Of a stretch of DNA of 64,000 nt, positions 46,988-57,557 are shown piece by piece. Position numbers and translations under genes: made by a program. Position 1 is the first letter of the stretch; the number at the start of each line of letters is the position of its first letter. Under the pieces are notes generated by a model that was not told the DNA's origin, did no database searches, and worked only from the letters and a program-made list of their open reading frames with translations. Where the stretch lies: the NCBI GenBank assembly GCA_902625325.1, contig CACOAW010000001.1:66537-130536 (forward strand), given 5' to 3'. Source of the stretch: an uncultured Candidatus Poseidoniales archaeon (GTDB lineage Archaea > Thermoplasmatota > Poseidoniia > Poseidoniales > Thalassarchaeaceae).

Positions 46988-47884
46988 ATGGAAACCCAAA
47001 TTCGAAAGGCTAGAGGGTTTACTTTGGAGCTCAACGAGTCGAATATCTCATCAGTTTTCGAAAAGAACTCCGAGTTAGTCAGCAAGAAGTTGGCAGAATA
47101 CAAAGATCGTCGCGATGAGTTGAACGTTAAAGTAAGGAGTCAGCTGGATAAAAGAAACGAGATAAATTTGCAGGTAAAGCAGCTAATCACTGAAGTTCAG
47201 AAGCAAAAGAGTCTGAGGAACGAGGCTAATAGCAAGGTAGCTGAATTGAGGAAAATTAGACTAGAGAGGACAAACGAATTGAAGGATATTAGGGCAAAAC
47301 TAAGGAGTTCGGTTGAGAAGAATGGTAGTCAATCGGGAACGAAAAGGAAAGGTCCTAGTTCTCGGGGTATAAAGGAACAGATGAACAAGCTTGAGTGGCG
47401 CCATCAAACTGGACAAATTAGTCCGAGTAAAGAAAAGGATTTCTTCGCAAAGATGAAGAGGCTGCAGGTAGATTTTAAGAGGCTCAAGAAAGAAGAGGAA
47501 GTTAGTAGTTCAAGCATTTTGAGAGAGGTTAGACAGGCAGAAAAAAAGCAGCAGAAGGCTCATGATGCAGTCACTGATGCATCAGAGAAATCTGAAGAAG
47601 CCCATTCACTAATGATGGAGTTATCAAATGAAGTTGACAGATTGAGGGGCATGGCAAATTCTGAGCACTTGGGCCTAACTTCAACTAAGTCAAATGCTGA
47701 TGAGTTGCATAACAAGTATATCATTTCTCTAAGGTGCATTCATTCTATGCAGGACATCCTGAAACTGTCTGGTTCCAAGAAGGAACACGAAGAAGAGAGA
47801 ATTGAGGTTTCCGACTTAATGTCCAGACTAATGAGTGGTGATACGCTTTCGGATGAGGACATGATGCTACTTCAGAGAAACTAA
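46988..47884 (+). CDS. archaeal coiled-coil protein (COG1340-like), paralog 3
   Basis: 298 aa. YKDRRDELNVKVRSQLDKRNEINLQVKQL...; central MNKLEWRHQTGQISPSKEKDFFAKMKRL; C-terminus DLMSRLMSGDTLSDEDMMLLQRN. Confidence 0.6.
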   Translation: METQIRKARGFTLELNESNISSVFEKNSELVSKKLAEYKDRRDELNVKVRSQLDKRNEINLQVKQLITEVQKQKSLRNEANSKVAELRKIRLERTNELKDIRAKLRSSVEKNGSQSGTKRKGPSSRGIKEQMNKLEWRHQTGQISPSKEKDFFAKMKRLQVDFKRLKKEEEVSSSSILREVRQAEKKQQKAHDAVTDASEKSEEAHSLMMELSNEVDRLRGMANSEHLGLTSTKSNADELHNKYIISLRCIHSMQDILKLSGSKKEHEEERIEVSDLMSRLMSGDTLSDEDMMLLQRN

Positions 47885-48844
47885 GTCATATAATCGGCCA
47901 TTTCTTCCATGCAGAACCTTATCTGATTCGAGATTAATCAGCCAGCCTGGGATGAATACTCTGAAGTGATCGAACATTGCCATTTGCATATCCAAGACCC
48001 ACTTTTCTAATAGCATGCTCCTAACAGTGCCGGAGATGCTCACCACACCAAAGTCCCCTCTTCTCCTTTCCTCTACTATCTTGGAAATCTCGATTTTTAG
48101 CCTGTCATCGCATAGCCAATTTCCTTTGGGTGGTTCTATTGACCTGATCTTCGGGGAATTTTGCATACTTTCTGATTCACCGATGATGCTGAGCCTCTGA
48201 GACCATGGATCCTCCAGTATTGTCCAATCGCCTCTTTCACTACTTCCACTAGGTCCATGCAAATCTCCCGATACTCTCCAAATTCGAGCCTCTAGCAACA
48301 TTGGTGATGATGAAAATCCCTCTATTCCTCGGCTCGCAGACCAAGAGTCTAAGTCAATCTTCGATCTGAGAACCCGCATCCTCTCCTCATTGGAATAAGT
48401 GGAAAGGCCATTAGATTCTGTGATACTTGAGTCCTCAGGAACAGCCGAGGCCACAAGGTCTCCGGAAAGAACCGCGCTTCCAATCCACTGGGAAACCTGG
48501 TCTGGCGAAATTATTCGGAATTTAGTTTCATTAATGGGATCGCAATCAGAATGAGTCGGTCGCTCACTCAGGATCAGGTGGAAGCCACCCGGGGCATCAA
48601 TCTCGAATCTGTCTAGCTCGCTTCTAGTAATTGGTAGAATTTCCGAAGGAGCATACCAAATCAAGATTCTTCCTGTATCGATACCGAAATCGGGCACTGC
48701 TGTGGCTAGGCCAATTGGTTTGAATGGGGATTCGGGCATCACTATATTGAATGAGTCGAAGTCCACTGATCTTATCCTAAGAAGCGCTCGTAATACATCC
48801 TCCATAGCTCTAGGCTTACGGTCACGTCTTTCAATGGAACGCAA
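47867..48844 (-). CDS. hypothetical protein
   Basis: 325-aa ORF on the same strand as, and immediately downstream of, rpl30e. I recognise no motif. Confidence 0.4.
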   Translation of the reverse strand: MRSIERRDRKPRAMEDVLRALLRIRSVDFDSFNIVMPESPFKPIGLATAVPDFGIDTGRILIWYAPSEILPITRSELDRFEIDAPGGFHLILSERPTHSDCDPINETKFRIISPDQVSQWIGSAVLSGDLVASAVPEDSSITESNGLSTYSNEERMRVLRSKIDLDSWSASRGIEGFSSSPMLLEARIWRVSGDLHGPSGSSERGDWTILEDPWSQRLSIIGESESMQNSPKIRSIEPPKGNWLCDDRLKIEISKIVEERRRGDFGVVSISGTVRSMLLEKWVLDMQMAMFDHFRVFIPGWLINLESDKVLHGRNGRLYDLVSLK

Positions 48845-48874
48845 GTATTCAAGCTCGAGACCCTGATTTTTAAC

Positions 48875-49177
48875 TCAGACGTTTGGGGCTAACTGCAGTA
48901 GATCGCTCTGTCCCGGATTGATTACGCACAGTGAGCTGACAGGGAATGGCTTTCCGCATGCAGCTCCAAGTTGTCGATTTACCATGGTGACCTGATGAAT
49001 TGGTACTGACGGATGCGTTTTCCTCAAATCATCGATAAACGATTCGGGGCAATTTGAGGCGACCAGTACTAACTTTGCACCTCCTTTGGTACAGTTTGAT
49101 ATTGTCTGTCTTTGGCCGAAGACTAGTTCTCCTGAGTTAATTCCTTGCTTCAGTTGTCTTGCTATGTCCATATTCAA
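48875..49177 (-). CDS. rpl30e: 50S ribosomal protein eL30
   Basis: AKLVLVASNCPESFIDDL... 100 aa, in the canonical position after rpoA2. Confidence 0.8.
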   Translation of the reverse strand: MNMDIARQLKQGINSGELVFGQRQTISNCTKGGAKLVLVASNCPESFIDDLRKTHPSVPIHQVTMVNRQLGAACGKPFPVSSLCVINPGQSDLLQLAPNV

Positions 49178-49180
49178 ACC

Positions 49181-50761
49181 TCAGTTGTTTTCCTCGGGGA
49201 TGTAGAATAGTTCGACGCTGCCCGTTCCAAGCGATACCGGTTGGCCCACGATGATATTCTCTGTCACTCCCGATAGGTTGTCCCTTTCGCCGATTACTCC
49301 TGCCTTTAGCAGATGTGTAACTGTGACCTCGAAAGCCGAACGAGCAAGGATTGAGTGCTTTGTCCCGCTTACACCGTGACGGCCAATCGCCCTCACCTCT
49401 CCACCAGTAGTCATCACATCTGAGACCATAATCAGGTGCCTCACGTCGACATCGAGACCTGCACCCTCTAGAGTATCCCACATTTCGTTAATTATGGCTT
49501 GTCTTGCGGCCTCTATACCTAGGTAGTCATGTATCTCATTGATATTGTTCGTATACGTTCTTGTTCTGTCCACGCCGTCGAACTCACTGACCTTCGATAG
49601 GTTTGAGCCGATTGTCGAGATGTAGTATTCACCTGTTTCTGACATTGGTCCCTGTACTGTCGCTCTGCTAATTCCTGGTAGTCCCTTCAATCGCAGTTTC
49701 TTGATCTTGTCCTCGAGTTGCAAAAGAGCTGTGTAAGTAGGTGGATCGGATGCAAGGGACTCAAGATCTTCTTCCTTAGACACTCCAGGGATGATTCGTA
49801 GAGACTTTGGGCGGTCATCGTCATCGGCCTGCACGTACAGCCTTAGAGCGCGTGACAGCTTGTCTCTGACCTCTGCACCAGTCATTTTCTTCAGCTTCAT
49901 GTTTTTGTTGTTTAGCTGGAGTAATATGTTCCGCTGAGCTACATCTACGTCAATAGTTGCGATATCTATAGCGGTGGTTGTCTCTATGGATGCTGCTAAG
50001 TCTCGAACCAGCTTTTCATTGGTCCTCAGTGGCTTCCCTTTGGAATTCTTCTCGTCCAAGTAAATAATCATGGTCGGGGTTTGGGGTACCTTCCTGGCAT
50101 CGACAATCTCGATTATCCTAGGTAGACCCTGGGTAACGTTCACTGTAGCAACACCTGCATAGTGGAATGTACGCATAGTCATCTGAGTACCGGGTTCTCC
50201 GATAGACTGGGCAGTGGTAATTCCTACCGCCTCATGTGGAACGGCCTTTGCGTCATTGTAGAAGTTACTTGCCGAGTTGATGATTTTCTTGGCCTTAGCG
50301 GCTGTGATCTTCTTCTCCCCCCTGTTGTGCAACCCTTGGACAAGTTGGTCGATCATCCTCGGAGTCAGGTTTGAGGCGCTTTCCTCAGCGGCTTTGTTCA
50401 GCTGGATGAACATCTCATCATCGCTATCGACATCACGGAATAGTTGCTTCATCTTGGTCTTATAGTCATAATCTTGCAAGGGTAATGACTTCTTCGTTCT
50501 CCTAGCTCGGGACACTGTTCTTCTGCGGACAATGGTCTTCTCAGTACTGGCGGCAGAAGCCCTGCTGGACTTTACGGAGCTAGCCATTACATCGTGGATT
50601 CTCTGAGAAGTTCCAGAGTCGATTCCACATATCTGAGCGATTTGCCCTGGAGAGAGTCCCTTTACATCGTCCCATTTGCGATCATCCGCTAACTTGTGAG
50701 CATACTCTTCTTCTATCCCCAGATCCATCAACTTCTTCTTAGTTGCACTCTTGACTACCAT
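49181..50761 (-). CDS. rpoA2: DNA-directed RNA polymerase subunit A'' with ~95-aa N-terminal extension
   Basis: [28 protein letters not shown] and downstream A'' blocks. 526 aa against the usual ~390. The N-terminus is [27 protein letters not shown].... Confidence 0.9.
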   Translation of the reverse strand: MVVKSATKKKLMDLGIEEEYAHKLADDRKWDDVKGLSPGQIAQICGIDSGTSQRIHDVMASSVKSSRASAASTEKTIVRRRTVSRARRTKKSLPLQDYDYKTKMKQLFRDVDSDDEMFIQLNKAAEESASNLTPRMIDQLVQGLHNRGEKKITAAKAKKIINSASNFYNDAKAVPHEAVGITTAQSIGEPGTQMTMRTFHYAGVATVNVTQGLPRIIEIVDARKVPQTPTMIIYLDEKNSKGKPLRTNEKLVRDLAASIETTTAIDIATIDVDVAQRNILLQLNNKNMKLKKMTGAEVRDKLSRALRLYVQADDDDRPKSLRIIPGVSKEEDLESLASDPPTYTALLQLEDKIKKLRLKGLPGISRATVQGPMSETGEYYISTIGSNLSKVSEFDGVDRTRTYTNNINEIHDYLGIEAARQAIINEMWDTLEGAGLDVDVRHLIMVSDVMTTGGEVRAIGRHGVSGTKHSILARSAFEVTVTHLLKAGVIGERDNLSGVTENIIVGQPVSLGTGSVELFYIPEENN

Positions 50762-53700
50762 CAGTTAGCACCTCCTAGCGCATCGTTTAGCACCTGATCT
50801 ACATCAAATGGGCTGCCCTTTCTACTTCTGGCAGGATCGGTCCCATCCTCTCCGTACTCGAATTGTATAATCCGGTTTGCAGTATTTCTTACTGAGGCCT
50901 TCGTGTCATTAGAAACCTTGAGATCATCCATGGCGTTAATCAATCTTCTCTGCATATAACCAGACTTACTCGTTCTTACTGCGGTATCGACTAGTGATTC
51001 CCTACCGGAAACTGAAAGCATGAAGAATTCGGTTGGTTCGAGGCCTCGCTTGAAAGAAGAAGAAACGAAACCCTTCTCCTTTGATCCCTTAACTTTCCTA
51101 GGGAAGTGGGAAAGGACTCTATCTTGATAGCCCCGCTCAAGTCGCTTGCCTCTAACTTTCGGCTGTCCAATGGATCCCGCCATCATTGCTAGATTGTCCA
51201 TTGAACCCCTCGCTCCAGAGGTCGCCATAAGAACGGCTGAATTGTCATCGCCAAGTTGTGCCTTCGCGACGTTTCCAGTTTCAGCCTTTGCGGCGTCTAG
51301 GATTGTCAGTATGTTCTCCTCGAGAGTTTCGTGTGGAGTTCTTCCTGGCCTGGCCTCGTACTTCCTTCCGTCCTTTCCGAACTTTTCTAGTTCGGAGTCA
51401 ACACTAGCGCTGGCCTCAGAGTTGATTCTCATGATCTCTTCCTTAGCCTCAGGAGGTAGGTCTTCGTCATCTATTCCAGTGGTGAATCCCATTGCTGTGC
51501 AAATGGCGATTGTCATCTTTGTCATCTTGTTGATGAAGTCTGCCCCTCTATCAGTTCCATGTGTCTGTACGACCGCGTCTAGAAGACGACCATCCTCCGC
51601 TCCAATTCCTCTCTTGTCGATAGAACCGGAGACGTCTCCTTGAGATACCTTGACTTCTTCTCCAGCACGATTCTTGAAGTTCAGAGTGAATCCTCCCTTC
51701 ACAAGAAGACTGAAGACATCGTTTCCTAACAATCCGGTCTGTCCATTTCTCTCCACTGGTGGGGGAATTTCACCCTCCCATCCAATAGAGCTGAGGACAT
51801 CCATTGCAACCGGCATTGGAAGGAAGGCCTCTCCATGCGTCAAAAGGTAAGCACCCGTGATGTGATCGTGTATTCCCCCAATGACGCTTCCCCCATATCT
51901 TGGCGATATAATGTGCTCTTGGACCCTCATGAGGATTCTAGCCTCGGCCCTAGCTTCCTCACTCTGTATTACGTGTAGGTTCATCTCGTCCCCATCAAAA
52001 TCAGCATTGTAGGGTGTACAGTCCGCGAGGTTGAATCTGAATGTCTTGCCTTCCATGACTCTTATTTCATGGACTAGCATTGACATCCTGTGGAGTGATG
52101 GTTGTCGATTGAAAATGGTTACATCTCCGTCAATAAGGTGCCTTTCGACAACAACTCCTGGCCTTGGGTTGCCGTCTCTATCGTAGGTGCTTAATCGATC
52201 CTCTACTTCTGTAGGGTAGAGGTTGCCATGTTCATCCTCGATGTCGGGGCTTCCGCAATGTGGACATTTCACCTCGAGGTGATCGGGAAGGTACTCGTCC
52301 GGATTTTCTACTTCCCACTTCCAGCGATGATGTATTGCCCCATCCTGATCGTCCTCGGCTAGGGGTTTTCCGTCTTCTCCCTCTCCTCTAAGGTTTGACA
52401 GAGTCCTATCCAAATCTACGCTCCACTCGGGAAGGAGCTCGTCTGTCATGGGGTCCCTGCGCATTTGCTCCTTCAGAACGAGCCCGGGGAGGAAGTTAGG
52501 AGCAGGGAGGACCTCATTCAAATCAGGCCTGTAACCCATGTATGGTTCCTCTTCAGTACCACAGTGGCAATCTGGATTCAGACACCTAAATCCTGCCCAG
52601 ATGTACTTCGTTCTATCAGTAATCCTAACCCTGAATCTATCTCCTCTAATGATGTAGTTGACACCAGGGTGAACATCTGGGCCCCTAAGAATCATCTGTC
52701 TGAGTTGTTCCCTGTTCCTACTTGTAGCTCTGATAGGCACTGTCAGCTCCTTAGCCGTCTTCACTGGGACGCCCACTTCGTTGATCCCGAGGTTCGGATC
52801 GGGGCTGATTACCGTTCTAGCACAAAAGTTAACTCTCTTTCCAGATAAGTTACTCCTGAATCGACCCTCCTTCCCCTTTAGCCTCTGAGATAGGGTCTTT
52901 AGTGGCCTTCCGGATCTGTGTCGAGCCGGCGGAATGCCACTGGTCTGATTATCGAAATATGTCGTGCAATGATACTGCAATAGTTCCCAGAGATCTTCAA
53001 CGATAAGTTGTGGGGCTCCTGAATCACGATTTTCTCTGAGTCTCTGGTTTATCCTCAGGACGTCTACTAACTTGTGTGTGAGGTCATCCTCGGATCTATC
53101 TCCGCTTTCAAGAGTGATAGATGGCCTAACAGTTATTGGCGGAACTGGTAATACCTTCATAATTGTCCATTCTGGTCTGCTAACGTCTTTCTCCATTCCG
53201 AGGAAAATTAGATGCTCATCGGGTATCTTTTCAAGCCATTCTCGGATATCGCGTGCATTCAGTTTGTGCTCTCCCTTGTCCGCCTTCTTTTCTTTGAAGG
53301 TTGTTGGTTTATCCAGAATTACCTTACCCTGCTCTGCGCCGCAATGCATGCATATTGCACGCTTGGGGCCCGCGCAGATATTCTCAATATCCTTAATGAT
53401 TTTCTTGAATTCTCTGCCTCCGACTCCGTGCTTCAGGATGATGTCGTTCACTCTGTCTCTGTAGTAGTCCTGCTCAGACTTCTCTGGATCAGTGGGATGT
53501 GTTTGGGGAGCATCGTGCAGTAAGGCCTTACTGCATGTGTTGCAGGTAGTCTTCAAACACGTCTTGATTAGGCCGGTGAATCCTATGTGCATAACAGGTA
53601 ACTCTAGGGCTATGTGGCCGAAGTGACTTGGGCATTCTTCGTGCTTGTTTCCGCAGGTTTCACACCTGATACCAGGGTCAATTACCCCCATCTTTGGATC

Positions 53701-53856
53701 CATCAAACCTTGTTTGAATGCATGGCCATCGTCCTTGTATGTGTCTGCTGTCTTTACCTCGACGGATGACATCTTCCTTATCTCGTTCGGATCCATCAGC
53801 GTGAATCTAATCGAGTCTATTCTCTTCGGTATTTTTGCTGCATCTCGAGCGCTCAT
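50761..53856 (-). CDS. rpoA1: DNA-directed RNA polymerase subunit A' with internal insertion
   Basis: N-terminal zinc motifs ([17 protein letters not shown]; CMHCG), [11 protein letters not shown] and [13 protein letters not shown]. 1031 aa. The extra segment spans residues ~418-566. Confidence 0.95.
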   Translation of the reverse strand: MSARDAAKIPKRIDSIRFTLMDPNEIRKMSSVEVKTADTYKDDGHAFKQGLMDPKMGVIDPGIRCETCGNKHEECPSHFGHIALELPVMHIGFTGLIKTCLKTTCNTCSKALLHDAPQTHPTDPEKSEQDYYRDRVNDIILKHGVGGREFKKIIKDIENICAGPKRAICMHCGAEQGKVILDKPTTFKEKKADKGEHKLNARDIREWLEKIPDEHLIFLGMEKDVSRPEWTIMKVLPVPPITVRPSITLESGDRSEDDLTHKLVDVLRINQRLRENRDSGAPQLIVEDLWELLQYHCTTYFDNQTSGIPPARHRSGRPLKTLSQRLKGKEGRFRSNLSGKRVNFCARTVISPDPNLGINEVGVPVKTAKELTVPIRATSRNREQLRQMILRGPDVHPGVNYIIRGDRFRVRITDRTKYIWAGFRCLNPDCHCGTEEEPYMGYRPDLNEVLPAPNFLPGLVLKEQMRRDPMTDELLPEWSVDLDRTLSNLRGEGEDGKPLAEDDQDGAIHHRWKWEVENPDEYLPDHLEVKCPHCGSPDIEDEHGNLYPTEVEDRLSTYDRDGNPRPGVVVERHLIDGDVTIFNRQPSLHRMSMLVHEIRVMEGKTFRFNLADCTPYNADFDGDEMNLHVIQSEEARAEARILMRVQEHIISPRYGGSVIGGIHDHITGAYLLTHGEAFLPMPVAMDVLSSIGWEGEIPPPVERNGQTGLLGNDVFSLLVKGGFTLNFKNRAGEEVKVSQGDVSGSIDKRGIGAEDGRLLDAVVQTHGTDRGADFINKMTKMTIAICTAMGFTTGIDDEDLPPEAKEEIMRINSEASASVDSELEKFGKDGRKYEARPGRTPHETLEENILTILDAAKAETGNVAKAQLGDDNSAVLMATSGARGSMDNLAMMAGSIGQPKVRGKRLERGYQDRVLSHFPRKVKGSKEKGFVSSSFKRGLEPTEFFMLSVSGRESLVDTAVRTSKSGYMQRRLINAMDDLKVSNDTKASVRNTANRIIQFEYGEDGTDPARSRKGSPFDVDQVLNDALGGAN

Positions 53857-56800
53857 CTTCTGTCCTCCAGTTCTAGTCTCATTGCTACTCCAAGACTCTT
53901 CATTTCGTCCAGGAGGAGTTTGAATGCGTAGGAGGTCTGGACGCTGTGGACATCTGATCTATCGCCGCAAACAGGACAGATCGTTGTCCTTCTCTTCCAA
54001 TCATAGTATGCGATATGGCCGCATCTGGGGGTGTTGCAGACCATTAGATTCCAGCCATCTGACTCGTCGAGAAGTCGGTCCTTGATTACCATGGATGCAC
54101 CATGAGAAATCAGACAGTCACGCTCCATCTCTCCGAATCTGAGGCCTCCTTGCCTCGCTCTACCTTCTGTTGGTTGCCTAGTAAGGATTTGTACCCTTCC
54201 TCTGCTTCGAGCATGGAGTTTGCTACTTACCAAATGATGGAGTCTCTGATAATAGATAACACCGACGAAAGTATCGACAGGGAAACTCTCTCCCGTCTCT
54301 CCGTTAATCATCGGCTCCCTACCTGTGTGCCTCAAACCGTTTCTGATTAGTCCCGATCTAAGTGACTCTTCCTTTTCCCCGGTGAATGCGGTTCCATCTA
54401 TTCTTCGTCCTTCCATGGATCCAACCTTTCCACCAATCATCTCCAACACGTGGGCCACAGTCATTCTCGAAGGAATAGCGTGAGGGTTGATGAGTAAATC
54501 GGGTATTACCCCGTCTTCTGTGAATGGCATGTCCTCTTCATTTACCAGTCTCCCAATTATTCCCTTTTGTCCGTGTCTACTGGCGAACTTATCTCCAAGT
54601 TCAGGAACCTTATTTGTCCTCAGAGTTATCCGGACTAGCCTGCCTGAGTCTAGGGACTCCGTAACGAAGATGTTGTCCACCCAACCCTTCTCACCGTGAC
54701 GAACTAGCATAGAGGACTCCCTACGTTCCTGCGCCTGCAGGAATGCCCCGTGTGATTCTTCTAGGAATCTGGGCGGGCTAGTTTTACCTACGAGTATAGA
54801 CCTACCTCCTTCTTGGCTGGTCAGCTCAACCTCTGGAACTGGAAGTCCGTCTCTTTCCAGATGAGAGTATGAATCCCACGACTTGAGCCCCTTGATTTCA
54901 TCGAGGCCCGTACCTGGAACCTCGATCCTCTCCTCTTGTCCGCCCGGGAATCTCTTATTCTCTGCATTGTAAGTCCGGATGAACGCAGATCTTCCTAGGG
55001 CCCTTTCAACGGACGCTTTGTTCATAATCACGGCGTCTTGCATGTTGTAACCGTGATGGCTAACTATCGCAACTACGAAATTCTGACCTCCGGGTCTTTC
55101 GTCGAATTTAGTGGACTTCATAGCCCGGGTCCCCACAATTGACCTCTGGGGGTAGTGCATCACGTGTGCACGAGTATCGGGTCTAAGTCTGAAATTCGCA
55201 CTGGCCACTCCTAGGCTCTGCTTGACCATGGCTGTTCCACCCGTAACCCTTGGTGTTGAATTGTGTTCAGGATACGGGACTAGAGAGGCGCAAACGCCCA
55301 TGATGAGTTGGGGGTCAATCTCTACGTGAGTGTAAACCAGAACTGTGTGATCCTTTTTCTCCTTCCTCTTGAGGGCGTCCATATTCTCTTGGTAGTAGTT
55401 TAGTGGGACCTTGAATTTCTCTTTCTTTGACTCGCCATTGGGCATAGTTACTTCTGCAGAAACCTCTGCATGTGATATTCCATGCTCGCCAAGGTTGGTC
55501 CACTCTACCTTCGCTGGATTTATTGGGCGTTTGTTCTTTGGAGAAACTGCAGGCAAATCGAAAGGTCTTGGAGCTATCAAGAGATCTTCTTCTTCTTCGG
55601 CATCTACCCATTCCACAACCCCTCCAGAGACAAGGTCTGAGAATGTAATCTCGCCAGACTCTAATGCTTCCAAGTGCATCTTGGTAATTTGCAGGCTACC
55701 ATGGTCTATTATGAGAAGGGGGCGCAGCATTCTACCCCTATCGGTGTTGATGAAAACGTCACGATTCTCGTGGTCATGCCTGATGCTAACCTCTGGTCTA
55801 ATCCTACCCGATCTGCGTCTCCTTTTGAATTGGCTTACAAGCTTGTGCGGTCTCTTATGAAGGCCGAAAATATCCCCGTTAACATGTATCCTAGAACCGT
55901 CTGCCCAGCCTTCGGGATTATCGTCTACTCCAGCTTCCTTCAATAGTGCCTTGACGTCCTCTTCAGGAACTTCCTCTGAGACGTCTATCATCTGTGCTGC
56001 ATTCTTTACAAGGCCGCAATTTTGCCCCTCGGGAGTCTCATTGGGACAAAGTCTGCCCCATTGTGTAGGATGCAAATCTCTGGCCTCGAAATGGGGTTGG
56101 CTCCGAACCAATGGGCTCGTGACCCTCCTCATGTGAGATAGTGCAGACAAGTATGTCGTCCTGTCAAGGAGTTGGCTTACTCCTGACCTTCCCCCGACCC
56201 AATTTCCTGTTGCGAGGGCATGCATAATCTTGGTCGTAAGGACGTCAGGACGAAGGCACGAAGAAATTCTTAGTTCCCTTTTCCTGTTGTGGTGTCTCTC
56301 CAATTGGTACTTCAAGTCCCGAGCCAGTTGTTGTAGGCTTACCCTGAAGAGATCCTCCACGAGATCGCCGGCCAGCCGGACTCGCTTGTTCGCGTAGTGA
56401 TCTTTGTCATTAGGATCCTTGTCCATTATGGCCATCTCAAGAACTTGTCTAGCAATACGGCCTAGGAAAATTGCTTTCTTCTCCCTATTATCAAACTTCG
56501 ATCCTAAGTGAGGCAGTAACTCGTTATCGAGTAAGTTTTGGATTCTAGATTCTCTGTACTCCTTCTGCTGTCCTGCCGCGAACTTCTTTTCCAGCCAGGC
56601 TAGAGCCTCCTCAGATGTGTCGACACCATACTCCTCGTTATCCCTAAGATCGTTGAGGTTAGCGACAGTATACTTCATGGCCTCGGGAGGTCCTGCAATG
56701 GAGGCGAAGATATCCATATCCTTAGCCACTCCTAGTGCTCTCATCAGGAGAACTAGAGGAATTGGGGTAGTTCCGGCACTAGGAATCTTCACCATCAGCA

Positions 56801-57545
56801 TTCCATCTCTTCTCTTTTCGACATTCAGTGGCTTCCTTACGCCGTCTTTCTGGGAGAATATTTTGGCAACCTGGGTTTCATGGGCATACTTCTTGTTCTT
56901 CTCTACTGTTACTCTGTTCGGAGCGAGATCCTCCATAGAAATCAGAACTCTCTCTGTCCCGTTGATGATGAAGTAACCTCCGGGATCAAGAGGATCTTCA
57001 CCGTACTTTCGTAGAAGTTGTGTGTATCTCTCCGAATCCTCAGTGGAAGTTTCGGGAGAGAGCCGTCGATTCTCGTCTGCATGGTTTGGGTTAAGGTTGC
57101 ACCTAGCCGATCTAACCATTATCGGTAAATTTCCTATGTGGACGCTGGTTTCCTCCTGGAATCCCATCTCGGATCCAGGAGATGGGGGCAAATCGTCACG
57201 AAAAATCTTGAAGTCTAGATAGACGGGTGAGAAATATGTAAGCTTCCTGAGCCTACATTCCATTGGGGTCGCATTGTGTTCTGCCCCGTTGGCCTCCTTT
57301 ATTGTGGGCCTGCCCAGCCTGAGATTCTTGAGTCTAACAATAATTTCTTTATCCAACAGATCGAGTTTGACCAAACCTCCCTCGTCGTCTTCTACTGGTT
57401 CGTCACTACCAATCCTGATGTTCCGCACGATGTTCTCCATCCGACTCTCTTTACCATCTCCGATAGGGATGCAGTCATTGTACGAAGCAAGTTGGTGGTT
57501 AACTAGGCTTCTATGCTTGAAATAACTCTCAACAATCTCTCTCAA
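53853..57545 (-). CDS. rpoB: DNA-directed RNA polymerase subunit B (unsplit)
   Basis: 1230 aa. GRSGVSQLLDR, SRHGQKGI, GGLRFGEMERDCLISHGA and a C-terminal zinc motif CNTPRCGH...CPVCG. Confidence 0.95.
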   Translation of the reverse strand: MREIVESYFKHRSLVNHQLASYNDCIPIGDGKESRMENIVRNIRIGSDEPVEDDEGGLVKLDLLDKEIIVRLKNLRLGRPTIKEANGAEHNATPMECRLRKLTYFSPVYLDFKIFRDDLPPSPGSEMGFQEETSVHIGNLPIMVRSARCNLNPNHADENRRLSPETSTEDSERYTQLLRKYGEDPLDPGGYFIINGTERVLISMEDLAPNRVTVEKNKKYAHETQVAKIFSQKDGVRKPLNVEKRRDGMLMVKIPSAGTTPIPLVLLMRALGVAKDMDIFASIAGPPEAMKYTVANLNDLRDNEEYGVDTSEEALAWLEKKFAAGQQKEYRESRIQNLLDNELLPHLGSKFDNREKKAIFLGRIARQVLEMAIMDKDPNDKDHYANKRVRLAGDLVEDLFRVSLQQLARDLKYQLERHHNRKRELRISSCLRPDVLTTKIMHALATGNWVGGRSGVSQLLDRTTYLSALSHMRRVTSPLVRSQPHFEARDLHPTQWGRLCPNETPEGQNCGLVKNAAQMIDVSEEVPEEDVKALLKEAGVDDNPEGWADGSRIHVNGDIFGLHKRPHKLVSQFKRRRRSGRIRPEVSIRHDHENRDVFINTDRGRMLRPLLIIDHGSLQITKMHLEALESGEITFSDLVSGGVVEWVDAEEEEDLLIAPRPFDLPAVSPKNKRPINPAKVEWTNLGEHGISHAEVSAEVTMPNGESKKEKFKVPLNYYQENMDALKRKEKKDHTVLVYTHVEIDPQLIMGVCASLVPYPEHNSTPRVTGGTAMVKQSLGVASANFRLRPDTRAHVMHYPQRSIVGTRAMKSTKFDERPGGQNFVVAIVSHHGYNMQDAVIMNKASVERALGRSAFIRTYNAENKRFPGGQEERIEVPGTGLDEIKGLKSWDSYSHLERDGLPVPEVELTSQEGGRSILVGKTSPPRFLEESHGAFLQAQERRESSMLVRHGEKGWVDNIFVTESLDSGRLVRITLRTNKVPELGDKFASRHGQKGIIGRLVNEEDMPFTEDGVIPDLLINPHAIPSRMTVAHVLEMIGGKVGSMEGRRIDGTAFTGEKEESLRSGLIRNGLRHTGREPMINGETGESFPVDTFVGVIYYQRLHHLVSSKLHARSRGRVQILTRQPTEGRARQGGLRFGEMERDCLISHGASMVIKDRLLDESDGWNLMVCNTPRCGHIAYYDWKRRTTICPVCGDRSDVHSVQTSYAFKLLLDEMKSLGVAMRLELEDRR

Positions 57546-57557
57546 TTATATTCCTCC

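Noticed and set aside
49137-49481. 114-aa minus-strand ORF overlapping the rpoA2 3' end and the rpl30e start.
   Set aside because: It is out of frame with two conserved genes, and its Arg/Gly-rich sequence is typical of an alternative frame.
52159-52605. Possibility that the RpoA' insertion is an intein.
   Set aside because: It is too short (about 130-150 aa). It lacks intein splice-junction features (no Cys/Ser/Thr-initiated block A with a downstream TxxH, and no terminal HN followed by Cys/Ser/Thr). The flanks are not at a typical conserved-site insertion with extein restoration.
50761-57545. Multiple 60-165 aa ORFs antisense to or out of frame with rpoA1 and rpoB (for example 51146-51643, 52465-52848, 53072-53464, 55411-55860, 56617-56976).
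   Set aside because: They are shadow ORFs within strongly conserved RNAP genes. Their Ser/Pro/Leu-rich composition is typical of antisense frames.
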